In this document: piece by piece, positions 14,301-26,062 of the stretch
How positions within the stretch are numbered: position 1 is the stretch's first letter
Layout of the letters: every line of letters begins with the position of its first letter
Position numbers and translations under genes: made by a program
The notes under the pieces: generated by a model
What the model was told of the DNA's origin: nothing
Databases searched by the model: none
The model's input: only the letters and a program-made list of their open reading frames with translations
NCBI GenBank assembly: GCA_964016885.1
Contig: OZ024741.1
Span: 89,962,001-90,026,000 of the forward strand
Source of the DNA: Eledone cirrhosa
Lineage: Eukaryota
Direction of reading: 5' to 3'
Length of the DNA: 64,000 nt

Positions 14301-14375
14301 AACCCTCCAAAGGTTATTCACTACAGTCACCCTCCAAAGGTTATTCACTACAGTAACCCTCCAAAAACATGTTAA
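5341..14375 (+). CDS. Candidate giant terminal exon encoding ~3,010 aa of (VIHYS[N/H]PPK)n repeats ending KTC*
   Basis: Acceptor CCCCTTTTTTCCTATTTAG|GA at 5340/5341, then GAA AGA GTT ATT CAC TAC AGT AAC CCT CCA AAA... I saw no in-frame stop until ACA TGT TAA (14367-14375). There is no in-frame start codon, so the ORF track omits it. Upstream exons were not identified. Confidence 0.4.
5349..14366. repeat. 27-bp tandem repeat array, ~334 units (GTTATTCACTACAGT[A/C]ACCCTCCAAAA)
   Basis: 9018 bp / 27 = 334. No net frameshift, since the three track ORFs share one frame. Confidence 0.98.
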
Positions 14376-14409
14376 TCAGAATTTTAACTGCAACTCTGTA
14401 ACTGTTGAT

Positions 14410-14597
14410 AATAATTGTTTCTACTTTTGGCACAAGGCCAGCAATTAACCAGTACATTACTGGTACTTTATTTTATCGACCCCGTAAGGATGAAAGGCAA
14501 AGTTAACCTCGGCGGGATTTGAACTCAGACCGTAAAGGGACGTAACTATGCTGGAAAGCATGGCGTCCGACCCTCTACCGACACTGCCAATCCACCA
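14410..14597 (-). mobile_element. Major SINE, short form
   Basis: Reverse complement of the consensus. Confidence 0.85.
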
Positions 14598-14880
14598 ATA
14601 ATGAAAAGTTAACAGTTTTGAAATCAGCGTCCTAAATATAGTAACAGACAGCGAAGAAATTATGATAAACACAATATTCTATGTAGTACAATGGTTATTA
14701 TATTCATTCGCATACCCGCCATGAACAAAGGTGTAGGTAGATATAATTAGCTGCACCCGCTCGCACAGCCATACGCACACGTCTTTTAGTTTGTTTCGAA
14801 TTTCAGTACGGCATTCTATGACCATTAAATAGCGTAATTTAGAGGAACAGGAACCAAACAGCACCCTGAAGTGAATTGTA

Positions 14881-15022
<142 letters not shown>

Positions 15023-15519
15023 AAAGAAGGTCGCTCCTTAATTCATAAGCTACAAATCAGCGCAATATCTTTAACCTTCAAAATTGTTTCTACAAATGAT
15101 TTTTTAATTAATTGGATTCGATTTAATTTGATTGAAGGAGTCAAATATTAGCGATCCTTGACTGATATGCAGCACATACAAAGAAACACGTGTCAGTGTT
15201 ATACAATAAATGATGTTCCCACTCTTCTGGAATGTGGTGTTTTAAATGATAATTTTGTAAATTTCTATATATACTCCGTAAATTGTTACACGTGGAATCT
15301 ATAGGGGAACTACCACAGGATTTACCAAACGAAATAATTCGTCCGTTGAGTAAAACACGACTGTAAGCGGTTCAGTTTCTTGGTACATAATCAAAATAAT
15401 TGGTTACATTAACGCCGACTGAATACTAGTATAATTCTCTTTCTCTCTCTCTCTCTCTCAATATATATATATACACACACACACACACACTCATACACTG
15501 ACACGGATATATATATATA

Positions 15520-15595
<76 letters not shown>

Positions 15596-15899
15596 CACTC
15601 ATATACACCCACACAGAGATACAATTTATTAATGGGTGAGGAGTCTTCAGAGAATGTACATGCCTATTAGAAGTGAATGTCCGTAAACAACCTCGAGTAA
15701 AGAGAACGGAAAAAATTGAAGTGAGAAACGCAGAAAAAAAAAATCTATTTTCGTTATCCAAACCTGTTGGATAACTGCCAGCCACAAGATACCAATTGTT
15801 AGTAGGTTTTAACTAACGCTTTATGGATGTTGTCTATGAACCAAAAGAGTAGTCTGTAATATTTCGTCAATTGGTAATTAAATATATAAGTTAAGCGAA

Positions 15900-16162
15900 G
15901 GCGCATGGCTTAGTGGTTAGGGTACTCGGCTCAAGATCGTAAGGTGACGAGTTCGATTCTCGAGGTTGAGCATGACATTTTATTGTATGTTGCTCAAATC
16001 AACACATTGGTTGTATCAGTGATACAAAGAATCTCCTTGAGAATTACGTTGCGCCCAAATGTCTGTGGAATACTCAACCACTTACACGCTATTTGCACGA
16101 GCAAGCTGTTCCGTTGTTCGAAAAACTGGAATACTCATCCTCAGAACCGACGGAGGTCCAAC
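15900..16162 (+). mobile_element. Second tRNA-derived SINE family
   Basis: GGCGCATGGCTTAGTGGTTAGGG...GAGTTCGATTC head. The body (AATACTCAACCACTTACACG...AACTGGAATACTCATC) is shared with ~3600-3740 (+), ~43950-44110 (-) and ~49130-49260 (-). Confidence 0.65.
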
Positions 16163-16579
16163 ATATAAATTAAGTAGGAAGATGAACACCCTCTCAGTTG
16201 CTCTCTGACTTCTATTAGAGTATAATTGGGATCATTCTGACATACTGCAGTGCAGTGTGAATATCATAACGGCCCTGGTATCATAAGTGCGCCCAGAAAG
16301 AACAGCAGCTTGTAATAAAAATTGAACCACTGTAACCTTTTCCCTATATATTCCCGCTATACCGTCTTCAATATATCCCACTATTAGACCAGAAAGAAAT
16401 AGCAACCAAATTCCCTTAAATCATAGTTAAAGAAAGAAAGAAAATACACATTGGAGAATGTAGTTTGTAACATATAAAAGACGGGATGATCACGATTGGA
16501 ATGTCTTTGACCATAGGTCTACTCGATCAGTGCCAACTTAGGGCTTCTTTTTTTCTTGTCATATCCACAAGAGTGTCAG

Positions 16580-16990
16580 TTACAAAGCTTGGCTAGATGT
16601 GGTTCCACCATAGCTAGACATATTGCTCTCCTTTCTCATTAAAATCTGCTAAGTCCAATTCTGTGCAGGGGTTTTCCAGCAGGGGGAATATCAGGAGGTG
16701 CTGCGTAGTCTGTGTTTCGATGCCGCTGTCACACACAACGTCTTCATCCTTTAAATATCCCCATTTTGCAAGAGTGACGTTTGCACGTCTAACACTAGAT
16801 CTTAGTCTGTTTAGGCCTTTCCACACTGCATACTTTTGTATCTGCTCCTGTGGGTAGTGTCTCACTCGCTGTTAGCTCTATTGTTGTTACTGATGGGAGG
16901 CTGTTAAGTTTTCCTTCCCAGCGAGTGACACTTTCTCTATTTATGCTTGATATTCCAACGAGCGTGACGCTCTTTAGGATACTTCATGGA
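16580..16990 (-). mobile_element. LINE 3' remnant, Ingi/Vingi-like C-terminus
   Basis: WKGLNRLRSSVRR...KWGY...CDSGIETQTTQHLL resembles the WxxLNRLRTG...KWG...CxCG...QTxxH zinc-knuckle end. Clade is tentative. Confidence 0.55.
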
Positions 16991-17699
16991 TTTAAGGTTA
17001 AATATCACCAACAAATACAACAGCAATAACTTCTATGAAAGTTTTACAGTACTGCCGTCCGTGGACATTATTAACAGTGACCATAGCCTCCACCCAGAAG
17101 ATTCTCATGTTGCTTAGTTCCAGGTCAACTCTGATCGAATAAACCTATGATAAACAGTATTCTAGCCGTGATTATCTCAACATTTCAGGAGTATCTACGA
17201 CTATATCATCTAATGTTTTTCCTTTCTTTGTGACGGTAAGGTATGATTTGAAGGAATTTGGTGTTTATTTCTAGTTAGGCGAACGATGACCTCCCCCCCC
17301 CCCCCTCATCGCCTTTTTTATTATTGTTGAAAATACAATAATATTTTTATTCATATATAAGATGTAAGAAGCTAAGACGCAGTAAATAACTGCAATTATT
17401 ATAACTGCTATAGCATAGCTTATAAAAATCCAATATAGACTCTAGAGACGGAAAAATGTTGTTAGGTGCCGCCACTAAGAATCGAACTCCGCTGGCAATA
17501 TTTTTCCATCTCTAGGGGTATTTAACCGATTTTTATAAACTATTTTATAACAACTGACTGTAATTGCAGTTATTTTCTGCGTCTGGGCTTCCTACATCTT
17601 TTTATAAATTTATTTCCTCGGCTCTTAGTAAGTTCGAAATTTCGAGTTTCACGCACGATGTTTGTTTATATTTTCATTTATGATTTTTATTGGATTGGT

Positions 17700-17995
17700 C
17701 TGGATAAAGGGGCTATATCATTGATCTCTGTAGGCCCTCTGAGACCAGTGAAAAAAACATGGTTAGGGAAGGAGTAACTTTGGGGAAGAAAGTACAAGAT
17801 AGAAGTTAATGCAGAGCTTAAACGGTGGACAGCATATTGTTGGTGACATGAGGAAGAGAGACGGAAGAACCCAGAATACTTGAATGGAAGTTGCTTGAGA
17901 TAAGTCGGCTCTGAGATGCAGAAGACATTGTAGTGGAAGTAGAAATATAAGAGAGATGAAACAGCTTGTTGGAGCATCTTCGTGGGTGACTTCAT
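17700..17995 (-). mobile_element. Degenerate CR1/L2-group LINE 3' remnant
   Basis: AVSSLLYFYFHYNVFCISE...RLSSSCHQQYAV resembles the 'VASLSLFYRYYxGxCSxEL...TRxSxxSHxYxV' C-terminus. Confidence 0.45.
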
Positions 17996-19061
17996 GTCAA
18001 TCAGTCTGGCTGCTTTTCATTGGATGCGGTCTAGCTCAGATGGTGACTGTGGTTATTGCTATAGTGTGTGCTGAATCTACTATTCTGACAGTTTATATAT
18101 ACAAAATAAAGGCAATTTCTATACATAATATAACTTTAACCTGGCAAAATATTTATTCCTGAGCGTGGTTTATTACATACGAAAATAAATTAAGACCTGA
18201 TTATATCATGTAGCTGCATGGACAAACATTTACCAGCCTTGGTTCATGTGCAGCATTCACGAATTACACTCAGAATATATGTCGCTGTTGGATCTTGGTG
18301 TTTGTTAATAATGTTATTGTAAATATTGTATTAGTACAGTAATACAGTTAAGGCAGCGAATTAAAAATGCCTCATCCCTTCCACGAAGTCTATGGATTAA
18401 GTACCAGTAATACACGAGAATTTGATTCAACTGTCTATATAAATTGAATCACCCTAATATAAGTGTGTGGCCTCATGTCATTGTTAGAAACACAGTGTTT
18501 AGTCTTTTATTGTATATTTGTTATTGTCTATTTTTATTATTATTGTCATTTGATATAAGGCGGTGGGGTGGTAGCATCGGTAGAGGGCACTGAATTTAGT
18601 TCATTGTGATATTTACATACATTCCTCTATATTGAATTCAAAATCCGACATGTGCCGAAGTTAGAGAATGTCAGTGTTATCTGATATGTATTAACTGTTG
18701 ATATAACTCTTATTTATTTCTGCGTCCCTGCTGCATGGAATACCCTATCTATTTCTCATCATATTTATAAACAATAACAGTTGAGGTTGTCAACAGTGTC
18801 GTGTGGTTAATAACTTCACTTCGCAGTCACGTGGTTCCAAGTTCGATCCTACTGCACGGCAGTTTGAGAAAATATATTCTACTACAGGCTCATATTAACC
18901 AATGTCCTTGTGAGTGGAAGTTGGTAAACATAGACTTATCTGTGTTTATGTTTGTATTGTCTTCCTTGTGCCCCGTAAATTAGCAGTTTGACAAAAAGTG
19001 ACCGATGAAATAACTGCCAGAATGAACTACTGTGTTCAATATGATCAACTAAAAGATGACT

Positions 19062-19427
19062 GTTAACTTGAACTCAGTTTCAACATATTCAGGCTATCGA
19101 TATACCTTTAACTTAAATAACGGAGGTTGTCAACATGTTACTAACGTAAACTCTGTTGTACTGAGGTTGCCAACACACCGCTAACTTAAATTTAGTTAAA
19201 CGGAAGTTGCCAATACAATACTAACTTGAACTCAATTGAACTGAGGTTGCCAACACAGTGCTAACTTAAATTTAGCTAAACGGAAGTTGCCAATACAATA
19301 CTAACTTGAACTCAATTGAACTGAGGTTGCCAACACAGTGCTAACTTAAATTTAGTTAAACAGAAGTTGCCAATACAATACTAACTTGAACTCAATTGAA
19401 CTGAGGTTGCCAACACAGTGCTAACTT
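19062..19427. repeat. 40-bp minisatellite with alternating A/B monomers (80-bp dimer)
   Basis: CTAACTTAAATTTAG[C/T]TAAACGGAAGTTGCCAATACAATA alternates with CTAACTTGAACTCAATTGAACTGAGGTTGCCAACACAGTG at 19181-19427. Degenerate copies lie upstream. Confidence 0.9.
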
Positions 19428-19771
19428 ACTACATAAAAATGTTAAAGAGGATTCTATATCCTGCATCTCATAAACTAACAAAATTTATCTTGTATTCTAG
19501 CTTATTTTTAACCATTCTGACATCACTGAATCGCTTTCGCACATCAGGATGTCTCTCAGAGGTAGGTAGGAAACATACAAAAATCTATGATGAATAATCC
19601 AGCCGCCTAAATTAGGCGCAACCAACAGCCTGTTCTAATACCCTATATCTCCCCACCTCTTAATACCTTAAGCCAGTGATTCACAAAATTGTTTTGTCGC
19701 GGAATCCTCATACGATTCTTTAAAAAATTACAGAACTCAAACATATTTTACAGACAACAACCCCGCCTTAA

Positions 19772-19852
<81 letters not shown>

Positions 19853-20079
19853 TATATATATATATAAAATTATTTTTATTAGATTTTATTAGAGAACCCC
19901 AGAATCTTTTTGTGGAACCCATTTTAGGAAACACTCCATATATACATTCACCACCTAGATGTGTGCTAATTTAATGACAAGAAAGAAATGTTTGAATAAT
20001 ACGTAGACAAGATCATAGCGTCGCCGATTAGTTAGTATCTAGATACCTTTCAATCACTAGATCGATACTGTATACTCAT

Positions 20080-20584
20080 ATATAGTGGACACTTAGGGTT
20101 ATCTGATTTGCCCCACTTGACTAAATTCGTATTCGAGGGCAGGAGATTATAGACAGATCTGAGAAGAAAACTGATTCTGAGAGGTACCATATGCCACAAG
20201 TCATTCCAACTGAGACACTTCTAGAGTGCACCGTCCCACGTCGTCCACTGACCCTGTTGGCTCTGCTGAACTGCCTTCCAGAGTCTTCTGGAATTCTCTT
20301 CCTTCTTCACCTCCTGTAAAATCAGATCTCTCCTCATCTTTCTCCTGGCCTCCGACCACCGTTCCATTTTTGTTACGCCCAGTCCTTGCCTATTAGTCTG
20401 AGTGTGCCCCATTATATCTTTGATCGCCGAGGTTTACTTTGCCTTTCATCCTTACGGGGTCGATAAAATAAAGTACCATTAATGTACTGGGATAATTGCT
20501 GGCCTTGTGCCAAAAGTAGAAACAATTATATCTTTGATCTTAAGGCTTTTTTTGTTGCATCTACTGCTTCCTGGACCTTCCATT
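20080..20584 (-). mobile_element. Hero-like (R2-group) non-LTR retrotransposon fragment, interrupted by a SINE
   Basis: WKVQEAVDATKKAL...IMGHTQTNRQGLG...QQGQWTTW...WNDLWHMVPLRISFLLRSVYNLLPSNTNLVKWGKSDNPKCPL. Confidence 0.7.
20426..20530 (+). mobile_element. 5'-truncated major SINE with 15-bp TSD
   Basis: ATTATATCTTTGATC at 20411-20425 and 20525-20539. Confidence 0.85.
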
Positions 20585-20664
20585 ATATAACATATAATAT
20601 ATATATACAAGATATGTTATGGTGTACTTCGTTACTGTTCCTTACAATTATAAACACTCTGCGA

Positions 20665-20878
20665 AGGCGGTGGATTGGCAGTATCGAGAGAGGGCGGGAC
20701 GCCAGCATAGAGTTACGGCCCTCTATGATCTGAGTTCAAATCCCGCCGAAGTTAACTTAGCCTTTCATCCTTACGGGGTCGATAAAATAAAGTACCAGTC
20801 ACACACTGGGGTCGATTTAATCGACTTTCCCCTCCCCCCAAATTGCTGGCCTTGTGCCTATAGTAGAAACCGTTATTA
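20665..20878 (+). mobile_element. Major SINE, long form
   Basis: Full consensus GGCGGTGGATTGGCAG...AGAAACCGTTATT. Confidence 0.85.
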
Positions 20879-21881
20879 ACACTGCTTCTTACGGATACCG
20901 ATAACAGTGAAGACACAAACCTAGAATCCTACAGCGGTAAAGGGATCCACATATTAACATTGAGGGTTGAAACTGGTAAACCATCACTAATTGAACATTA
21001 CACACACACATATATATATAGATATGTATATATATATATATACTGAGTTAGTCGCTCATCTGAGTACACATGGGAAAGTTTGCAGTGATTTTTCTACTGG
21101 AACATAATTGTTGTAAAACTGACCTCACCATATTGTCATCTTGACTGATAGTGGTAACCTCCGTCACATCTTGAACATCTGCGACCTTCCACTTCAGTAA
21201 AACTAACATTTAACAAACTGATGTAAGCAGAAATGAAAAAATTAAGCATGAACACCCCCTGCCCCTGCTCTTTTCGATTCTACGTCATCCCATTCTTTAA
21301 AGTATGTTGGTTAACTGCCAACAGTAAACAGGTTTCAACTAACATTCTAAGGATGTTGTCTATGAATCTAAACAGCAGGTTGTTATATTCATCAATTAGT
21401 AATTAAATACACATCTATAGAGAAACAGTATACGATTTAACCTAAACTGAGTAAATGTCTAAATAAATACTTTGACATCTGTATACATATGTCATTTTTT
21501 ACGTATTTCCCAGCGGACTGAAAACATAAAGGGTAAACGAACTGACTCGATTTTCAACTCTACTCGTAATTGAAAATTTCCTCAGAGACTATGTACCTTA
21601 TCACTCTCCCAGTCTATAGAAAAATAGGTAACTAATTTTTCTATAAAGTCACCAAATATAGTAATATCAGTGAATTGGAAATTCAAATTTGCATAATGTT
21701 AGTGCTTACACTTGTATGTAATACACACTAAATCGTGCAGTAATCAGCTGAGATATACGATAAATAATCATCACTATAAAAACTCTAAAATTTATACAAA
21801 GCTGCATCTATGTAAATAAATACAGTGATATAAAATAAAATAAATATTGTACATTAAGCAGCTAAAATATATGTATTATCA

Positions 21882-22253
21882 TTGAATTGGCAGTATTGGT
21901 AGAGGGTCAGACATGCTTTCCAGCGTAGTTACGTCCCTTTACGATCTGAGTTCAAATCCCACTGAGGTTAACTTTGCCTTTCATCCTTACGGGGTCGATA
22001 AAATAAAGTACCAGTAATACACTGGGTGATTGTTGGCCTTGTGCCAAAAGTAGAAACAATTATCATGGTGGATTGGCAGTATCTGTAGAGGGTTGGACGT
22101 GATGCTTTGCAGCATAGAGTTACGGCCCTTTATGATCTGAGTTCAAATCCCGCCGAGGTTAACTTTGCCTTTCATCTTTACGGGGTCGATAAAATAAAGT
22201 ACCAGTAATGCACTGAGATAATTGCTCGCCTTGTGCCAAAAGTAGAAACAATT
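21882..22253 (+). mobile_element. Head-to-tail pair of major SINEs
   Basis: Two consensus copies at ~21882-22062 and ~22066-22253. Confidence 0.85.
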
Positions 22254-22290
22254 TCATATATTTTAGCTGCTTAATGTACAATTCAATGTC

Positions 22291-22810
22291 TACTGACGGG
22301 TCTCAAATAATGCACGCCCCTGCCCCCGCTTATTAATTTTTCAGATTTTGTCAAAACATCCTGTTCTTATCCCACCCCCGCTTATTATATTTTGCGGTGA
22401 ATTGGCAGTATCGGTAGAGGGTCGGACGCCATGCTTTCCAGCATAGTTACGTCCCTTTATGGTCTGAGTTCAAATCCCACCGAGGTTAACTTTGCCTTTC
22501 ATCCTTATGGGGTCGATAAAATAAAGTACCAGTAATACACTGGGTAATTGCTGGCCTTGTGCCAAAAAAGTAGAAACAATTAATTTTCTTTATACATTAA
22601 AAAACATTATAAATGACAAAAAAAAAAGTACATTACTGAAAGTCTCATACATTATAAAATAAATAGGATGGGTTGGGGTTTCAATATGTAAACTAATTGA
22701 CTAATTCTGTTTTTGTTTTTTTAAATCAACGGAGCCAACCTAGAAAAATTACCAATTACCACCCAACACGCCTATTCTTCCCCTCCACTATTATTTGGGA
22801 TCCAAGAGTA
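22291..22810. mobile_element. MITE-like DNA element with imperfect TIRs, containing a SINE at ~22394-22583
   Basis: Ends TACTGACGGGTCTCAAATAAT ... ATTATTTGGGATCCAAGAGTA. Confidence 0.5.
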
Positions 22811-23149
22811 ATTGGTAATTAAATATATAAGTTTAGTGGAAAACTAAACACTGCCTCGGCTACTCACAAGCTGTGACATCTCACAAGTCAAATTGACATT
22901 TAGATACAGGATTTTCAATTAATTCTACTTCTAAGTCGAAATCTGCCGAAACACCGAACCAGTTAACATCTATAGCCTCCCACATAGTTACTTATTAAAC
23001 AATAGTCTAACTTTACTCCTTGTACAATGTTCCTATTTTTGTATATAGTGTATAATTCGTTTTCTCTTTCTTTTTTTGTTCTATTCTGTTTCTATTATAT
23101 GCGAGTGTGAAATTATATATATTCACTATACTGTTGTCCTTGTTATTTG

Positions 23150-23193
<44 letters not shown>

Positions 23194-23194
23194 G

Positions 23195-23235
<41 letters not shown>

Positions 23236-23241
23236 GCACGC

Positions 23242-23287
<46 letters not shown>

Positions 23288-23290
<3 letters not shown>

Positions 23291-23587
23291 GTATAAAAAA
23301 ACGAAAAATCAGTGATGCATCTAGACTCAGTTTATTGCGTGTTACAATTGTCTCCGAACGAACTGCCTGTGTCCGAAGGAACCTGCAGCCGTAGAATCAG
23401 CCAGATCCATAGAGTGATCATGTCTCGAGCTACCTGCCGGCGAAACAATTGTAACACGCAATAAACTGAGTCCAGATGCATCACTGATTTTTCGTTTTTT
23501 TATACTATTCACACTCTGCTCGGTAAGAATATTGAGTGCTAATTTTGGCATACCGCCTATGGAAGCACCATAGCTACCATTAAACAC
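23288..23587 (+). mobile_element. PLE-derived hairpin element (64-bp inverted arms + tail) between microsatellites
   Basis: Arms 23288-23351 / 23445-23508 with one mismatch; GAAACAATTGTA hammerhead 3' half; ~80-nt tail, then (TA)n. Confidence 0.65.
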
Positions 23588-23599
23588 ATATATATATAT

Positions 23600-23669
<70 letters not shown>

Positions 23670-23742
23670 GTTGAAGATTTTTAGGAGCCGTAACATTATA
23701 TTAGATATTGCTAGAGGTAATATTCTGCGCTAAATTCATATC

Positions 23743-23795
<53 letters not shown>

Positions 23796-24043
23796 CTAAA
23801 ATTCTGCGATTGCTTGCTTGTCTGTAATGTAATACAGCCAAAAGGGTGCATAATGGAAAAATACTTTGAAAGAAAGTTGACCCTGAAATGGGAATACAAA
23901 TGAAATAATACAAGTTTCGCGTAAATCGAACCACGGGTTCCCGAGATATGGGGTTTTCTGGCATAAATAGAGAGAGAAAAGGATAGAGAGAAATAGATAG
24001 TGGTTGTGAGAGAGTAGATAGAGAGAGAAACATAGAAAGGGAG

Positions 24044-24049
<6 letters not shown>

Positions 24050-24102
<53 letters not shown>

Positions 24103-24225
24103 TGGTGAAGTTGGTGTGTATATATATATATATGAGTGTATGTGTGTGTCTATGACCAGTGTATATAGATCACAGATACCTACATATATATATATATACA
24201 CACACACATATATATATATGTATAA

Positions 24226-24311
<86 letters not shown>

Positions 24312-24329
24312 GTATACACACACACACAC

Positions 24330-24403
<74 letters not shown>

Positions 24404-24421
24404 GTATACACACACACACAC

Positions 24422-24488
<67 letters not shown>

Positions 24489-24633
24489 CATACGCACACG
24501 TATATATATGGGCCTTCCAGTTTCATTTCACATTATATACATGTCTGTGTATATTTTAATTATCTAAAAATTATTTTTAAGTGAATATGATTTAAAAAAA
24601 ATATTTTGAAGTGAACGGGTCACGGGTGGTCTA

Positions 24634-24686
<53 letters not shown>
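24050..24686. repeat. Compound (GA)n/(TA)n/(CA)n microsatellite region
   Basis: Directly visible. Confidence 0.9.
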
Positions 24687-24687
<1 letters not shown>

Positions 24688-25214
24688 CACGCCATTTTTC
24701 ATTCCTATATGCTTTCCCCTTCGCTGTGACCTCTCTTTTTCTCTTCCCTTACTGCTATCCTCTTTCTCTCTCCCTCTTCTCTCTCCTTCTCCCTCTTACT
24801 TTCACTCACCTCCTCTGCTAGTCACCCTCTCTCGGCTAGCCTCTTCCTCACACTTTCACCCACTCACTCTCTGCTACTCACCCTCTCTCTCACTTCCTCC
24901 ATCGTCTCACACCGTGCGTAATTCTTTCCTCACTTACTTTCGCATGGTTGGAATGTCTCTCGTCAATATTCTCAAGTTCTTATGTTCAAATGAATCATTG
25001 ACTTGATTTTCTCATTTTTTCTCTCTTTACGTTGCCTCACCATTCGTGTTTGTTTACCTATCTCTCTTTCTCCACCCAACTCTTTTATCCCAATAACTTA
25101 TTTTAGTTATTGTTCGCGCTAGCCTGAGGTATCTGGTCTTTAATGCGAAGAAATACCTACGATGGCTAGTAGATCACTGATGATGGATAGTCCTATTTCT
25201 AATTCTTCATTTTA

Positions 25215-25248
<34 letters not shown>

Positions 25249-25338
25249 GTGGAACACTGGAAGGTAATATCCGTAGTGGTAGAGCACTCAGTCCAAGGGA
25301 CGAGTTAGGTAGAAGTGGTTACACAACAGTTAGTTCAC

Positions 25339-25386
25339 CATACCGAGAACAATTGTTTCACCTTCCCGGATCTTCAGCTCGGGATG
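25339..25386 (-). ncRNA. Minimal type-I hammerhead ribozyme
   Basis: Minus strand: CATCCCGAG-CTGAAGA-TCCGGGAAGGT-GAAAC-AATT-GTT-CTCGGTATG. Confidence 0.75.
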
Positions 25387-25990
25387 TGTATGGTTATAGG
25401 AACAGGAAGGACAACCGTACGAACGCGCATGCGCAGAACCTCGGTCACTTCACACAGGCAATACTAGACTGCGTGCGGGAGGTGTAAGGGAGAGAACTAC
25501 GAAAGTCCGGAAAGTTTTTAGATTGAAAATAAAATAAAAAAATTTAAACATAAAATTACAAAGAATCAGTCCGGAGCCTTGTAGTTATGCAATAGATGTT
25601 TGGTGACGTGTGGACAACGTGTGAAAAATTCACTTCTCGTGTTGAGGCAATCACTATTGCGTAATCTCTTTCTTTGAATATAAGATTGACGAACGAATAA
25701 CTATCCTAAAGAGATTATTTTCTTTGAAAATAGTGATTGCCTAAACACGAGAAGTGAATTTTTCACACGTTGTCCACACGTCACGAAACATCTATTGCAT
25801 AACTACAAGGCTCCGGACTGATTCTTTGTAATTTTATGTTTACATTTTTTTATTTTATTTTCAATCTAAAAACTTTCCGGACTTTCGCAGTTCTCCCCCT
25901 TACACCTCCCGCACGCAGTCTGTGTGAAGTGACCGAGTTTCTGCGCATGCGCGTTCGTACGGTTGTCCTTCCTGTTCCTATAACCATACA

Positions 25991-26038
25991 CATCCCGAGC
26001 TGAAGATCCGCGAAGGTGAAACAATTGTTCTCGGTATG
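25991..26038 (+). ncRNA. Minimal type-I hammerhead ribozyme
   Basis: Stem I CCGAG/CTCGG, core CTGAAGA (26000-26006), short stem II, GAAAC (26018-26022), palindromic stem III ACAATTGT, predicted GUU cleavage site. Confidence 0.75.
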
Positions 26039-26062
26039 GTGAACTAACTGTTGTGTAACCAC

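Noticed and set aside
5337-14348. Three giant minus-strand ORFs (VVNNFWRVT)n in the ORF track
   Set aside because: They start at GTG codons inside the repeat, are broken by two TAG stops, have no evident start or splice context, and are the exact antisense register of the fully open plus frame.
5349-14366. CRISPR array or telomeric repeat
   Set aside because: Units are contiguous with no unique spacers, there are no cas genes and the context is eukaryotic. The unit contains TAACCC once but is not (TTAGGG)n.
24605-24640. Helitron 3' end (GC-rich stretch + CTAG)
   Set aside because: The hairpin is poor and no matching 5' end could be established.
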